Of a DNA stretch of 64,000 nucleotides, positions 23,418-35,048 are shown piece after piece (positions within the stretch are counted from its first letter, which is position 1; each line of letters starts with the position of its first letter). Under the pieces are notes generated by a model. It ran no database searches. It was not told where the DNA came from and saw nothing but the letters and a program-made list of their open reading frames with translations. The DNA comes from Opitutales bacterium (GTDB lineage: Bacteria > Verrucomicrobiota > Verrucomicrobiia > Opitutales > UBA2987), in NCBI GenBank assembly GCA_965226885.1, contig CBDDEL010000016.1, forward strand, positions 576,001 to 640,000. The letters run 5' to 3'. The position numbers were made by a program, and so were the translations under genes.

Positions 23418-26206
23418 TTGATGAAACGAAATGATCGGCGAGGTTACACTTTGGCCCGGTTGATTAAGAATCTAAGATATACCGTTAGCATGATCTTTTG
23501 CTTGCGGGGTGCATCCGTGTGCGTGGATCAAGCCACGGATGGGGAAGTCTCCGTCCTTGAGGTGCTTGCTCGGGTTCAAGCGCATGAGTTTCATCCGCTT
23601 GATGACGATCACGCCTTCACTCATGACAGAACCTTAAAACAGGGCGGGATCGCGGACCTTACAGATAGCGACTGGAGGGAGCGCCTATTGGCGGTAATGG
23701 ATCTGGTACGTAGTGAGATGGATGACGTTAACGAGATTGTAAAGGGGCTGACACACAACGATGAACACGTGCGTCAAGTGTGTGCCATGGCGCTTGGGAT
23801 TCTCAGGGCGCACACCGCAATTGGGCACTTGGAGGGTGTTGTTCGCGATGACGCGAATGCTATGGTGCGCTCACAAGCAGTTATTGCGCTTGGGCAGATT
23901 GAGTCAAAGGCCTCACTAGCCCGGATATTTCGTAAAAAAAGTATCGTTGATATGCTTAACTGCTGATATACAGCAGGATAGATCAATAATTAAAGCAATA
24001 TCAGCGATGACAAAAGGTAAACAATTAAAGCTACAGTTGACAAGGGTAAAAGGCCGCCGTGTGCGGGTTGATTTCAAGGGCGGAGAGGTTACTTCGGATG
24101 CCGGACTGCTTTTGATCCGGGAAGTGGATCGGCAGTTGGGCTTGACCGAACGAGCGGCCCGACAGTTAGTGGACAAACGGCAGAAGGGCAAAGTACGCCA
24201 TGAGGTCTTGGGGATGCTGCGGCAGCGCGTTTACGGGCTGGTGGCGGGCTATGAGGATTTGAACGACTTTGATACCCTGCGCCACGATCCATTGTTGCAA
24301 ACGGTAACGGGGCGCATTGAAACGTTGGCCAGCGCGCCGACTTTGTGTCGTTTTGAAAACGGGCAGGATCGGCGGGCGGCCTTTGCGGTAAACGAGCTGT
24401 TGGTCGAACAGTTCATGGGCTCCTTTGCCGAGGAACCCGAAGAGATCATCCTGGACTTTGACGCCACCGACAATCCGGTGCACGGGCTCCAGGAGGGACG
24501 TTTTTTCCACGGTTATTATGATCATTACTGTTTTCTGCCGCTATATGTTTTTTGCGGTGATCAGCTGCTGGTGGCCTACCTGCGGCCGAGCAAGATCGAT
24601 GCCAGCAAGCATGCCGGGGCCATCCTCAAATTGCTGGTTAAACGGATTCGCCAAAGCTGGCCCCGTACGCGGATTATTTGGCGCGCCGACAGTGGATTTT
24701 GTCGAGACCGGATACTCTCTTGGTGCGACCGCAACGAAGTTAGTTACATCGTGGGGATGGCTCGCAATGCACGCTTGCAGCAAGACGCCCAGCAGTTGCA
24801 AAAGCAGGCCAAAGAATGGTTCGAACTAAGGGGTAAAAAACAACGGTTATTCCAGGACTTCGTCTATGCTGCCGATTCGTGGCGATGGCTGCGGTTGGTC
24901 ATCCATAAAGCCGAACACACCGCACAGGGGTCCAACCCGCGCTTCGTGGTGACGAACCTGCCGGGCGATCCCCAGGAGCTTTACGACAAGGTATACTGTG
25001 GCCGCGGTGAAATGGAGAACCGAATCAAGGAACAGATGCAATTGTTCAGCGAGCGCACCAGCGCCCATCAATGGTGGGCCAATCAGTGCCGATTGCTCTT
25101 GTCGGCGCTGGCCTACACCTTGATGGAAGCCATGCGCCGGTTAGCCTTAAAAGGGACGAAGTGGGCGCGGGCCCAATGCCACACCCTGCGGCTCAAATTA
25201 ATCAAGATCGGAGCGGTCATCGTGCGCAACACCCGAACGATTCACTTTCACCTAAGTGAGAGTTATCCTTGGGCCAGTCTTTTCAACCATGCGGCCCGCC
25301 GATTGGTGCCAACCTAAAGGGTGCATTGGTGCTGCCCCCGGCACTACCGAACCAATGGGGGAAAGGGGGCAGTGTCTCTACACCCTGAAAAACACCTAAA
25401 AATCAAGACGATCTGCTCAAAATACAAAGAAATCCATCTCCAATAGCAATAACGAGCCAAACTTTACCCTTCATGAAATATCCGGGCTAGCACTATTGCG
25501 TGAACGGTTGAAAGAGGATCCCTCCGGGGATGTGCAGCACCAATGCGAGCTAGCGATTGATCAGATTCAAAAACAAATGGGAACGACAAAAGAACAGTTG
25601 TCTGCATTCCGGGCTTTGGATGCATCGCGTTTCGAATCAGTGGAAGTAGGCAGAGCGGCACCAGATTTCGAACTGCAGGACACGGAAAGCAAGATGTGGA
25701 GGCTCAGTGATTTTCGGGAGAAGAAGTGGGTGGTATTGATCTGGATTTTCGCGGATTGGTGTCCGGTTTGTCACGGTGAGTTTCGTGAATTGATGAAAAT
25801 GCGGGCCGAGTTCGAGAAAGAGGGGGTGCAGGTCTTTACGATTGAGTGCCACGATCGCTATCGAGGGCGGGTCATGGTGGGAAAAGAACTGGATCCGACA
25901 TACTGGTTTGCAGAGCAGTCATTCCAGCAGGCTTATACTGAGCAGATTTGGTGGCCGCATTTGTTGGATCGAGCAGGCGCAGTAGGCGCGATCTACGGCG
26001 TGGACCCAATGGCATTCGCTGTTCACGCGGAGTATATCAATCGACCCGCCACAGTGATCGTGGATCCGGTTGGCGTAGTGCGGTTGGCTTATTACGGGAC
26101 CTACTGGGGAGACCGGCCAACGATTGAGCAAACGCTGGAAATGATTCGCGCCCGTCAATTTGAATTTGAGCATCCGAAACGCCTAAAACTGCCTGAGACA
26201 AAGTAA
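23418..26206 (+). pseudogene. HEAT-repeat plus peroxiredoxin/redoxin-like fusion protein interrupted by IS1380
   Basis: In-frame join ESKASL|ALLRERLKED after removing the IS and CTAG TSD; HEAT repeats (VRQVCAMALG, VRSQAVIALG); APDFEL...WCPVC motif. Confidence 0.88.
23920..25486 (+). mobile_element. IS1380 family element, complete (transposase 23947-25317)
   Basis: 1567 bp with CTAG TSD. Confidence 0.95.
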
Positions 26207-26315
26207 GCGTTTTTCGTCGCAGACCTCTATCTCAGTTACCCGACTTAAACAACAAACGCTGAATCGGATCCCCGGGACTGATTGAAGAAGCCAGCCACGT
26301 GTCCACAGCAACTTA

Positions 26316-27446
26316 TACCAAATCGCAAAAGGATTGATAAAGATTAAAAAACAGCTATAAAGGCGGAATGAGAAGATATATGGGAACCGATGAAGACCGT
26401 GAACGTATCAAGAAATTGCTCAACAAAGAGGCTGTCGGCTGGCGTAAAGAGCGTTTGGTGGCATTAAAAATGGGCTTCCAGCCGCACCACAGCATTGATG
26501 AAATTGGAGCCATCGTGGGCCGAGGCAAAGCGACGATCCAGCGTTGGTTTGACAAATATCGTGCTGCAGGGCTCGGGGCGGTGCTTACACGCGCCTACAA
26601 AGGCGGGATCAAAAGCCGTTGCGACAAAGAGGTGGAGGCCTTCTTGCTCAATGGTTTGAAGGTCGCGCGCTGGAACACAGCCGTTCAGGCGGGGCAAGAG
26701 CTGGAGCGACATTTCGGGCGCTCCTTCGCCTACAAGACGGTGTGGCGATGGCTAAAAAAATGCGCCGGGGTGCTTCGAGTCCCTCGCCCCGTGCATGAGA
26801 AACGGGACTCGGCAAAAGCGGAAGCGTTCAAGCGAGACTTTTTTAAGATCCTCCAGGAGCTTTCCCTCACCCGAGGCAATCGGGTTCGGGTGTGGTTTGC
26901 CGATGAAAGCCGTTTTGGTTTGCTTCCGGTGTACCGCCGGTGCTGGACGCAAAGAGGGCTTCGGCCGCACAAAAAATATCAGACAAGATACCAGTGGAGC
27001 TACTGTTACGAAGCCCTCGACGTGGTCAACGGCGAGATGGTATGCATCCAAACCCCTAGCACGAATCTACAGTGGACGGAGGCTTTCCTCCAACAGATCA
27101 AAAAGCAATATCCTGAGGAGGAACATGTGGTTGTATGGGACGGGGCAGGCTTCCATCCGCACGACTCGGAGCACCCCAACGTCCCCCCGGGCATACATAT
27201 CGTGAATTTGCCGCCGTATAGTCCTGAACTCAACCCGATTGAAAGACTTTGGGATATGATACAGGATCAAACGGCCAACAGACTGTGGCCGAGCATTGAG
27301 CGACTCGAAGAAGTCGTCGCAACCCATCTCAAAGACTGGTGGGAGGACACTGAAAAAGTCCTCTCTTTAGTTGGCGGAGGCTGGCAGCACATTCAAGCAA
27401 ACGCTTCTGCCAAATAACTTATTATCATACCTAATGAGATTTGGTA
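26316..27446 (+). mobile_element. IS630 family element copy 2 (transposase 26368-27417)
   Basis: Near-identical to copy 1; TTA on both flanks. Confidence 0.93.
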
Positions 27447-27465
27447 TTACCAGCTTTCAAATCAT

Positions 27466-27494
27466 CCTTAAACCGCCACAAATTCCCTTGGAAC
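27466..27494 (-). repeat. Dispersed element R1, copy F (core only)
   Basis: CCTTAAACCGCCACAAATTCCCTTGGAAC; 36 nt after the stop of the PEP-CTERM gene. Confidence 0.8.
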
Positions 27495-27530
27495 AAGCGC
27501 ACCTGCCCCTCGTCTGCGGGTTATCACATA

Positions 27531-28202
27531 TTATGGTTTCCGCACTCGACCCAGAACGAAAATCAAACCGAGTCCTGCCGAGAGCAAGCCCACTGTCTCC
27601 GGCTCGGGTATACCATGCACCGCGATAGAGTAGGTGCGCGGGTTATTGTCCCAGATAGTGTTCTGAAACTGCGTCCCTCCCAAGGCCGAGAGATCAGGGA
27701 TCGTCCCCATATAAGGGGCGAGGGTGGTTATTGGCTCCGACGGCCAATCATGGTTGTTAATCGTTCCAAAAACCGCGCCCGGAGAATCAAAGGCCACCGA
27801 AGGCACCGTGTTATTGGGATACCACCAGGAAATCAAATCGCCCGATTCAACCGGAATCTCGTTTGTCAGGGAAAAGGTGTTTAGCCCCAAGGACGCGACC
27901 GTCTCCAATTCACTGGAGCCGATGTGTTGCCATTCGCTTCCAAAATCCCGGTAGATCAGTAATTGAATCTGCCCGCCGCTTTGTTTCGCCCATATGCTCC
28001 ATGAGTCGATCGACCCGGTTACCGATATGGGCGCATTTAGATCGGTCCACAGGATGCCGTCCGCTCCGTCAACGAAGGCTCGATCAACGAGATCGTTTCC
28101 GCCGATTATGACTGCATGGACAGCCTGGGGACATATTGCCGCCATAACCACCGCCACCGTAAAAAACCAACGAATTATCACTTGCACCGCACTCCTACTG
28201 TA
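27531..28202 (-). CDS. PEP-CTERM protein, native 5' end cut by IS-A
   Basis: C-terminal IPEPETVGLLSAGLGLIFVLGRVRKP and signal peptide ending AVHA. The first ~17 codons of the called ORF lie inside the IS-A end. Confidence 0.82.
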   Translation of the reverse strand, partial: YSRSAVQVIIRWFFTVAVVMAAICPQAVHAVIIGGNDLVDRAFVDGADGILWTDLNAPISVTGSIDSWSIWAKQSGGQIQLLIYRDFGSEWQHIGSSELETVASLGLNTFSLTNEIPVESGDLISWWYPNNTVPSVAFDSPGAVFGTINNHDWPSEPITTLAPYMGTIPDLSALGGTQFQNTIWDNNPRTYSIAVHGIPEPETVGLLSAGLGLIFVLGRVRKP

Positions 28203-30028
28203 GAGGCTGTCCCAAAAGGGTGATTTTTGCGAGGGCTTTTGATAGGCGCTCATTCTAGAGGTATTTGCATTTGGGAGAGTATCAACTTTGCTCTCCTATG
28301 ACGTTAGGATACTGGTTTTGGGGTCCGGTTGCCTGGTTTTCTTTGTATGAGCCGACAGTACGGCTGTGAAAAAGTATTGTCCTTGCTTTTCCGCTCTCTA
28401 GGCCGCCGCTTTGGTTTTTAGTTCGTCTTGCTGGGCCAGCATCTTGGCTACTTTCCATAGGTTGTGCGAGAGTACCGACCAGGCTACGCTGATCGAGCGG
28501 TTGGCAAAGCCTTTGCTGCGCAACCGCCCGGCCTGCCAGCGATTCTTCAATACCCCGATCCGCCCTTCGGTGCTGGCCCGGCGCTTTTGCAATTGTCTGA
28601 ACAGTGGTTCCTCCATCCGTTTTTTCAACTGCTTCGGATCGCGTGGACAGAGCGCGTCGTAGATTCCCTCCTGGGCTAACTGCCGGCGGGCCCGCTGGGA
28701 GGCAAATCCCCGGTCCGCGCACATGGCCGCTATGGGTTCTTCCAGGTTGAAGCGGTTCTGTCTTTGCAAACTCTCTTGCATTTGTTCATTTTCGCTTGGA
28801 GTTCGGCTGCCGTAGAGTTTCCAGTCCAGCAGGTACCCTTCAACGCTTTCTCCCAAAAACAGGGTGTTGCCGAACTCGACCTCTTGGCCCGCTTTACCTC
28901 GCACAATCACCTGCCCATCGAGTTCGTAAACACTCAAGACTTTCTCTGCGTTTTTCACCTGGCGGCCGCCAATGATCCGCTCGTGCGCCTGTTTGATGAC
29001 CACCGGGATTTGCTCGCTCATGCGCTCCATCCGGGCGAGGATCTGTTGGACCTGTTTTTCGCTGTAATCGCTTTGCTCCCAGCAGGCTTGCAATAATTCC
29101 CGGTGACTGCGGGCATGCTCCCCGATCCGTTTGAGCAGCTTTTTCATCTGCCTCAAGATACCCTTGCGCTGCCGCGCGCTGTCCTTTCGCCGCCGGCTGT
29201 GAGTCCTGTGAGTCATCTGTATGCACAGCCGATTCATCTGCCGAGCCAAGGGCTCCGGTTCGATCGGCATGCGATGGCGCAAACCGGCCTTCTCGCGGAT
29301 CAGCCGGATCGCTTTGAGCAACGTGCCGGCTACATCCTTGAGTAATACCCAGTCCGTCGGCCAATGAATGTTAGCCTCCAAACAGGTGCCGTCGATCAGG
29401 CAAATGGTGGTGTCAATCGGCTTGTCCAATCCCACCTGCCGGGCCAGAAGGGCATCGCCCACCACCTCAGTCAAGGTCCGGTGCAAGGCCCTCAACTGCT
29501 CTTCGCTGAAAAACTTCGAGGCCCGCTCCAGGGTGCTTTTGGAGATGCCCCTGATGCCATCGATCTGCCGGACACGGCAAAAGTCGGCCAACAGATCGCT
29601 GCTGCCCAGAGCCCGCGACAAATGCCGAAACGAAATCCCTCCGAGCAGACGGCCCAGCGTATCCATGCGCAGTGCCTTGATGGCAAAACTGGCCCGCTGC
29701 CGCCGGGCCTTTAGACCCATTGGCGGCCACCCCTCCAAGGCCAGCTCAATGGCCTGCGATTCCACCTCCGAGTCGATCAGCAGCCGATCGATTCGATCAA
29801 TGGTGGCGCGGAAGTTATCGTAATCGAGGCACCGGTCGACCACAGTTAAAGCTGGACGCAGGAGGCATTGGATGGCTATATTTTTCATAGAAAGGGCTAT
29901 ATTGATTTTCGCTAACTCAATTATAGAACCCTTTTTTGGCCGGATCGAGCAAAAACTTGCTCTTTCCGGCTCTTTTTATCAACGTCATCCAGTTGACTAT
30001 AAAATCTTTATATTTTTGGGACAGCCTC
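28203..30028 (-). mobile_element. IS-A copy 3 (transposase 28398-29888, 496 aa)
   Basis: 1826 bp including a 9-bp in-frame duplication (THRTHS); flanks ACTGTA and TATCTA do not match. Confidence 0.93.
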
Positions 30029-30030
30029 TA

Positions 30031-30068
30031 TCTAATCCTAAATTGCAAGCTCGCACCCTCAAAAATCC
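30031..30068. repeat. Dispersed element R2, copy 1
   Basis: TCTAATCCTAAATTGCAAGCTCGCACCCTCAAAAATCC resembles 33196-33233. Confidence 0.7.
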
Positions 30069-30081
30069 AACAATGTTGGAT

Positions 30082-30166
30082 GAAGAGTGCCAATTTAGGG
30101 GTTCATTTCCCCCTTTTGTTCATTATGGGGATTCAACCCTTATACCGCCACAAATTCCCTTGGAAC
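30082..30166 (-). repeat. Dispersed element R1, copy B
   Basis: GAAGAGTGCCAATTTAGGGGTTC...TTGTTCATTATGGGGATTCAACCCTTATACCGCCACAAATTCCCTTGGAAC; 28 nt after the stop at 30195. Confidence 0.85.
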
Positions 30167-30194
30167 TTGTCTAGATTTCCTATGGCTCCTGTCT

Positions 30195-30422
30195 TTATTT
30201 CCGCAATTCCCGGCAGAGGCCATAGGAAAGGCCCGCAGTCAGCAGGCATGCCAAAATACTGGCCCAATTGGGGAAAAGCATTCCGTTTAGGTGGATTTCC
30301 CAACCAAAAACAAGGCGGAGGAAGTGGACCAGAAAGACCAAGGCAAATATGACCACCGCTATTTGAGAAAACGGTCTTTTCGCAGGTGCAGTTTTGTCAT
30401 TCATTTCTTTCAACTCACCCAT
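30195..30422 (-). CDS. Small two-helix membrane protein
   Basis: Two hydrophobic segments (IAVVIFALVFLVHFLRLVFGW; WASILACLLTAGLSYGL). Confidence 0.7.
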   Translation of the reverse strand: MGELKEMNDKTAPAKRPFSQIAVVIFALVFLVHFLRLVFGWEIHLNGMLFPNWASILACLLTAGLSYGLCRELRK

Positions 30423-30572
30423 TACCTGAAATTATCGGCAATTCAATAAGCTTTGGCAATTTTTTCTGATATCTGCCGGTCAATTACTGCCCTTCCGCCC
30501 TCTTTGGACAAGATCGGGGGGTAGCCGTCCCATGCATGCATTGTTTGCAGCTTCTTTCTATTACAGGCACCA

Positions 30573-31550
30573 TCACTTCACAAACTTCTGCACGCGCATG
30601 CCCCAGTAGACGTCGCCAACGTAGACGCTGCCATTTTTGCCAACTGTGATGTCATGCGCCCAGATCAACTGGCCGTCGTATTTGCCGTAGCTGCTCCATT
30701 TGCCAATAATGTTACCTTCGAGGTCGAGCTGGAGAAAATGGCTACGCGGCGTGATCGCCGCCCCTATATCGCCTCCATCGACGACATATAGAAAGTCGTC
30801 CGCGCTTACCGCCAAGCCCCAAGGCCTGCCGAGCGCCTCGCTTTTCCATGCCGCTAGAAATTTTCCTTCGCTGTCAAAAACCTGAATCCGCCCGTTGCTG
30901 CGATCCGCAACATAAATCCGGCCTTCGGCATCGAGCGCAATACCATGCGGAAGGTCGAATTCGCCCTCTGCCGTTCCTTTATTGCCCCAGTCGAATAAGA
31001 AGCTGCCGTCTCCTGCGAATTTGGCTACGCGGTTGTTGCCGTAGCCGTCGGCAACATAAAACTCACCATTTGGCGCAACAGCAATATCTGTTGGACTATT
31101 GAAATGTTCGCCGTCGTCGCCTGGGACGCCCTTTTCTCCAATCATCATCAAGAGCTCGCCATCGTGACGGAATTTGAACACTTGGTGCAGTTCGGCGTCG
31201 GTTACCCAGATGTTGTCCTCGCTATCGACTGTCAGGCCATGCGGGAGCATGAACATAGTCTCGCCAAAAGATGTTACCATCTCACCGGTTTCGCTGTTGA
31301 GGCACAGGATGGTTTGATAGTCGATTGGTTCGGTAGCCCGCTCGGCCAAAAAAGCACGTCCCGCACGGTGAAACAGCCAGACGTGATCGTGTGAATCGAC
31401 TTCAACGCCGGACACCTGTCCGAGCTCGAAGTTTTCCGGCAGCTTCGGCCAGCCGTGCACAACTTTGTAACCGGGTGAATCGGTGCTGGCATTAGAGTAG
31501 GCACAGATGAACAGAATCGAGATGCACAAAATGATCTTTTTGTAATCCAT
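30573..31550 (-). CDS. NHL-repeat protein, peptidyl-alpha-hydroxyglycine alpha-amidating lyase-like
   Basis: Signal peptide; LGQVSGV, PHGLTVD, PTDIAVA...YVADGYGNNRV, HDITV repeats; AGGAG RBS. Confidence 0.88.
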   Translation of the reverse strand: MDYKKIILCISILFICAYSNASTDSPGYKVVHGWPKLPENFELGQVSGVEVDSHDHVWLFHRAGRAFLAERATEPIDYQTILCLNSETGEMVTSFGETMFMLPHGLTVDSEDNIWVTDAELHQVFKFRHDGELLMMIGEKGVPGDDGEHFNSPTDIAVAPNGEFYVADGYGNNRVAKFAGDGSFLFDWGNKGTAEGEFDLPHGIALDAEGRIYVADRSNGRIQVFDSEGKFLAAWKSEALGRPWGLAVSADDFLYVVDGGDIGAAITPRSHFLQLDLEGNIIGKWSSYGKYDGQLIWAHDITVGKNGSVYVGDVYWGMRVQKFVK

Positions 31551-31705
31551 TTCTCCTCGCTTGATAAATGTTACAATCTCGATGTGATTCTGAAAAAATC
31601 TTTTTTGACACTAAATACGGCTAACATATTGTAGACAGCCTCTTCGCAGTCAATGATTGGATACTATAATATTTTGGTCGAATTTTACAAGAAAGTTTGT
31701 TATTC

Positions 31706-31748
31706 CCTGAATTACAGGCTCGTACACGCAGAAATCAGGGGGAAACCC
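31706..31748. repeat. Dispersed element R2, copy 2
   Basis: CCTGAATTACAGGCTCGTACACGCAGAAATCAGGGGGAAACCC. Confidence 0.75.
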
Positions 31749-31818
31749 GCTCTTTTCGTTCTATCGCGGCTATTTCCCTCAACCCCTAACTCGCTTCTCA
31801 CAACCTCCCCCTACTCCC

Positions 31819-33178
31819 TTAATCAACAGGCAATCCCGCCGGGACGCTGAACAAACTACCATCGTCAAACCTTTGGAAAAATCGCTTGTTGGGAGTGTTA
31901 TCTCCAAAGGTCCAAATCCATCCTGAAATATCGCCGAAAAGGAACAACCAGCGGTAGGTGCCTTCGTTCAGGAAAATCCATTGGCCCAAGCCGAAGTCCC
32001 AAACGAAGATAACTTCCTCTGTGCTCCCGGAGTCGACAAACTGCCAGCCGTGCTCGTCATGGTAAATCCACGGCCAGAAATCGACGTTATAGTTCATATA
32101 CCATGAGGAAGCTTTCCAGCCGGCAAAGCCCACAATGGATTCGCCACCGAAGATGTCTGCAATGGAAGTTTGGGAAAACTTCTGGATGCGGACATTGTTC
32201 GCGTCCACCACATAAACGTTGCCGGAACTATCTACTGCCACACCTTTTGGATTAAAAAACTGCCCGTCGCCTGAGCCGATAGCCCCCCACTTGGTAAGGA
32301 AAGTGCCGATGGTGTCGAATTTCTGGATGCGGTGGTTGACTGCGTCCGCCACATAAACATTGCCGGAACTGTCAACTGCCACGCCCACGCCTTGTGGTAA
32401 ATTAAACTCTCCGTCGCCAGTGCCGAGTGCGCCCCACTTGAGAATGAAATTTCCGCTGCTGTCGAATTTCTGGATGCGGTGGTTTTCTTGGTCCACCACA
32501 TAAACTTTGCCGGAACTATCCACCGCAACGCCGACTGTATCCAACACCCCGCGGACTGGAAAATTAAACTGCCCATCGCCTGAGCCGAAAGCGCCCCACT
32601 TGTTAAGGTAAGTGCCGCTACTGTCGAATTTCTGGATGCGGTGGTTGCGTACGTCCGCCACATAAACATTGCCGGAACTATCAACCGCCACGCCATATGG
32701 TAAATTAAACTGCCAACCGCCACGCCATATGGTAAATTAAACTGCCAACCGCCACGCCATATGGTAAATTAAACTGCCCGTCCCCTGAGCCGAAAGCGCC
32801 CCACTTGGTAAGGAAAGTGCCGCTGTTGTTGAATTTCTGGATACGGTAGTTGAAGGAATCCGCCGCCACGTCAGCTGGACCACTAAACTGTCCGTCGCCG
32901 CCGCCGTTTGTCCCCCACTTGGCAAGGAAAGTGCCGCTGCTGTCAAACTTCTGGATACGGTAGTTGAGGAACGAGTCCACCACATAAACATTGCCGGAAC
33001 TATCCACCGCCACGTCGACTGGACCACTAAACTGCCCATCTCCGCTGCCTCTTGTCCCCCATTTGAGTTCAAAAGAGGGAGGGGACTCTGCTCCCACAGT
33101 GGAAGCGAGCAGCAGAATACCTGAAATAAAGGTAAACCACCAGTGCGGAGGTCGTGACCACTTGGGAGAAGAAGTCAT
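31819..33178 (-). pseudogene. Secreted NHL-repeat beta-propeller with Trp-rich C-terminal domain, frameshifted
   Basis: ORFs 32705-33178 and 31819-32691 share the repeat GVAVDSSGNVYVxDxxNHRIQKFD; the break coincides with a 32-bp triplication. Confidence 0.88.
32682..32777. repeat. 32-bp tandem repeat, 3 copies
   Basis: CAACCGCCACGCCATATGGTAAATTAAACTGC at 32682, 32714 and 32746. Confidence 0.95.
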
Positions 33179-33195
33179 TGAGGGACAAATAACAA

Positions 33196-33243
33196 TCTAA
33201 TCCTGAATTACAAGCTCGCACACGCAGAAATCCGGGGAAGCCG
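33196..33243. repeat. Dispersed element R2, copy 3
   Basis: TCTAATCCTGAATTACAAGCTCGCACACGCAGAAATCCGGGGAAGCCG, 17 nt upstream of the ATG at 33178. Confidence 0.75.
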
Positions 33244-33758
33244 GAAGAAGCGTTCCAAATCACCAAATCCGTGTTCTCCATCCATTTTCGGGCATCTCAT
33301 TCGCCTCTCACAATCAGCGTCTATATTCGATTGAAAACTATTATCCCTTAAGGAAATATTAGTTTTATTCTGGTTTTTCCAAACGCGCTTTTTGTCGGAT
33401 AACAAATACTCCTTCTTCTTGGGCATCCCAAAACCCTTAACATATAGAGGGACCCAGATTTCCTTCCCTTGCATGTTGGTAAACCGAGAGTGTTTGAAGT
33501 CAAATTCCGTAGATTCAGTTCATTTGCCCGCTTCGGTGTAATGATGTTTCGCGATCTACCTGCACTTTCTGGGGAACGGGCACAACCAAGCACCCGGATA
33601 GGAGTAGTAAGTAGTAGGGACAGGGATACAGCAACATTGTGTATTTTCACCAAAACGAATTTTAACTTAAGCTAATCGACGTTAGTACCCGGTGTCTTTC
33701 AATGAAAGAACCGCGAGACCGCGCAATACTCACGGATCTTTTCCAGAGTCTTTTCCCT

Positions 33759-35048
33759 TGACTTGATCGGACCCCATCTTTGCTACCACTTTAAGTGAGA
33801 GTATTTCCGTAGGTTTGGTATTGTAGGTTTTGCAGCGGGTGGCGCAATGAGGCCGTAGGCCGAATGGAGCCAGCCGCTGCTTTGTTGATTGTTCGCCAGA
33901 GTCTGGCAAATGTATTTGGGGAGAGAAAGCCTAATCGGCTGTGGGGGTGTTTCGCGTTGTATTTGTGTCGCCATTGTTCGACCACCACACGCGCTTCGGT
34001 CACGCTCAGGAACAGTTCCTGGTTAAGGCATTCATCGCGCAAACGATTATGAAAGGATTCTATATGTCCATTCTGCCAAGGGCTTCCTGGATCAATGTAT
34101 GCGATGGCAATTTCCTGTCGCTGCAGTTCTTCTTTGACTTGGTGGGCTATAAACTCCGATCCGTTGTCCGAGCGGATGCACTGAGGTTTGCCGTTCTCTC
34201 TTATGGCATCGTTCAATACCTCTACCACATCGGCACTTTTCAGTGAGCGCGCAACCTTAATGGCCAGGCATTGACGGGTATGTTCATCGATCAGTGTCAA
34301 GAGCCTGAGCGGACCGCCCCGGTCGGTGCGATCCGCCACGAAGTCCCAACTCCACACATGGTTGGGCTGCACTGCTCGGGTCGGGGTAGCCGTGGATTGG
34401 CCCTGCCGGCGACGGCGCTTGCCAGACGGGCGCACACCCAGTCCTTCGAAACGACGCACTTTTTGGACGAATTTGCGACTCACGGGCCAACCTTCATGGG
34501 CCAACAAAGCGCGGATCCGACGATAGCCATAGCGCGGATGCTTCTTCGAAAAGGCAATGATGCGTGCCACCAGTTTATGCCTATACTCAGTAGCTTTCTT
34601 GGGTTCATACAGGTAGGTTGAGCGGTGCAACCCAAAATACTGACAGGCCCGACGCAGCGAGCACGACCCTTGGGCCAATACATGCTTCACCGCTTCCTTT
34701 TTCTGCTTCGGGCCTACCATTTTTTTGCGTTCACCTCCTTGAGCACACGGTTCTCCAGCATCTGCTCGGCTACTATCTTCTTAAGCTGCGTGTTTTCGCG
34801 CTCCAGCTCCTTCAGCCGCTTGGCGCCACGCAGCTCCATGCGGCCATACTTTTTACGCCAACGATGGTAGCTTTGAGGACTGATATTGTGGGACCGACAG
34901 ACATCCTGAATGCCTTTGCCTGCGTCTACTTCGCGCAGTATCGTTATGATTTGTTCAGGGGTGTATCTTTTTTGCTTCATAGGTCTTTCCGGTAATTTCT
35001 CCAGAAAGACTCTCACTGGCAATGGTAGTGTTTTCGGCGGTCACATCA
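33759..35048 (-). mobile_element. IS3 family, IS407-group element (orfA 34714-34980, orfB 33791-34720)
   Basis: orfA KRYTPEQII...RLKELERENTQLKK; orfB WSWDF, IRSDNGSEF, PWQNGHIESF; imperfect TGA...TCA IRs; flanks do not match. Confidence 0.88.

Noticed and set aside
32682..32777. 32-bp repeats as CRISPR
   Set aside because: Head-to-tail with no spacers, and the unit is NHL coding sequence.
31819..33178. NHL repeats as a diversity-generating retroelement template/variable pair
   Set aside because: No reverse transcriptase in the window and the differences are not adenine-specific.
33208..33758. Short ORFs between R2 and the IS407-group element
   Set aside because: No motif or consistent frame recognised; possibly a degraded gene but not supportable.
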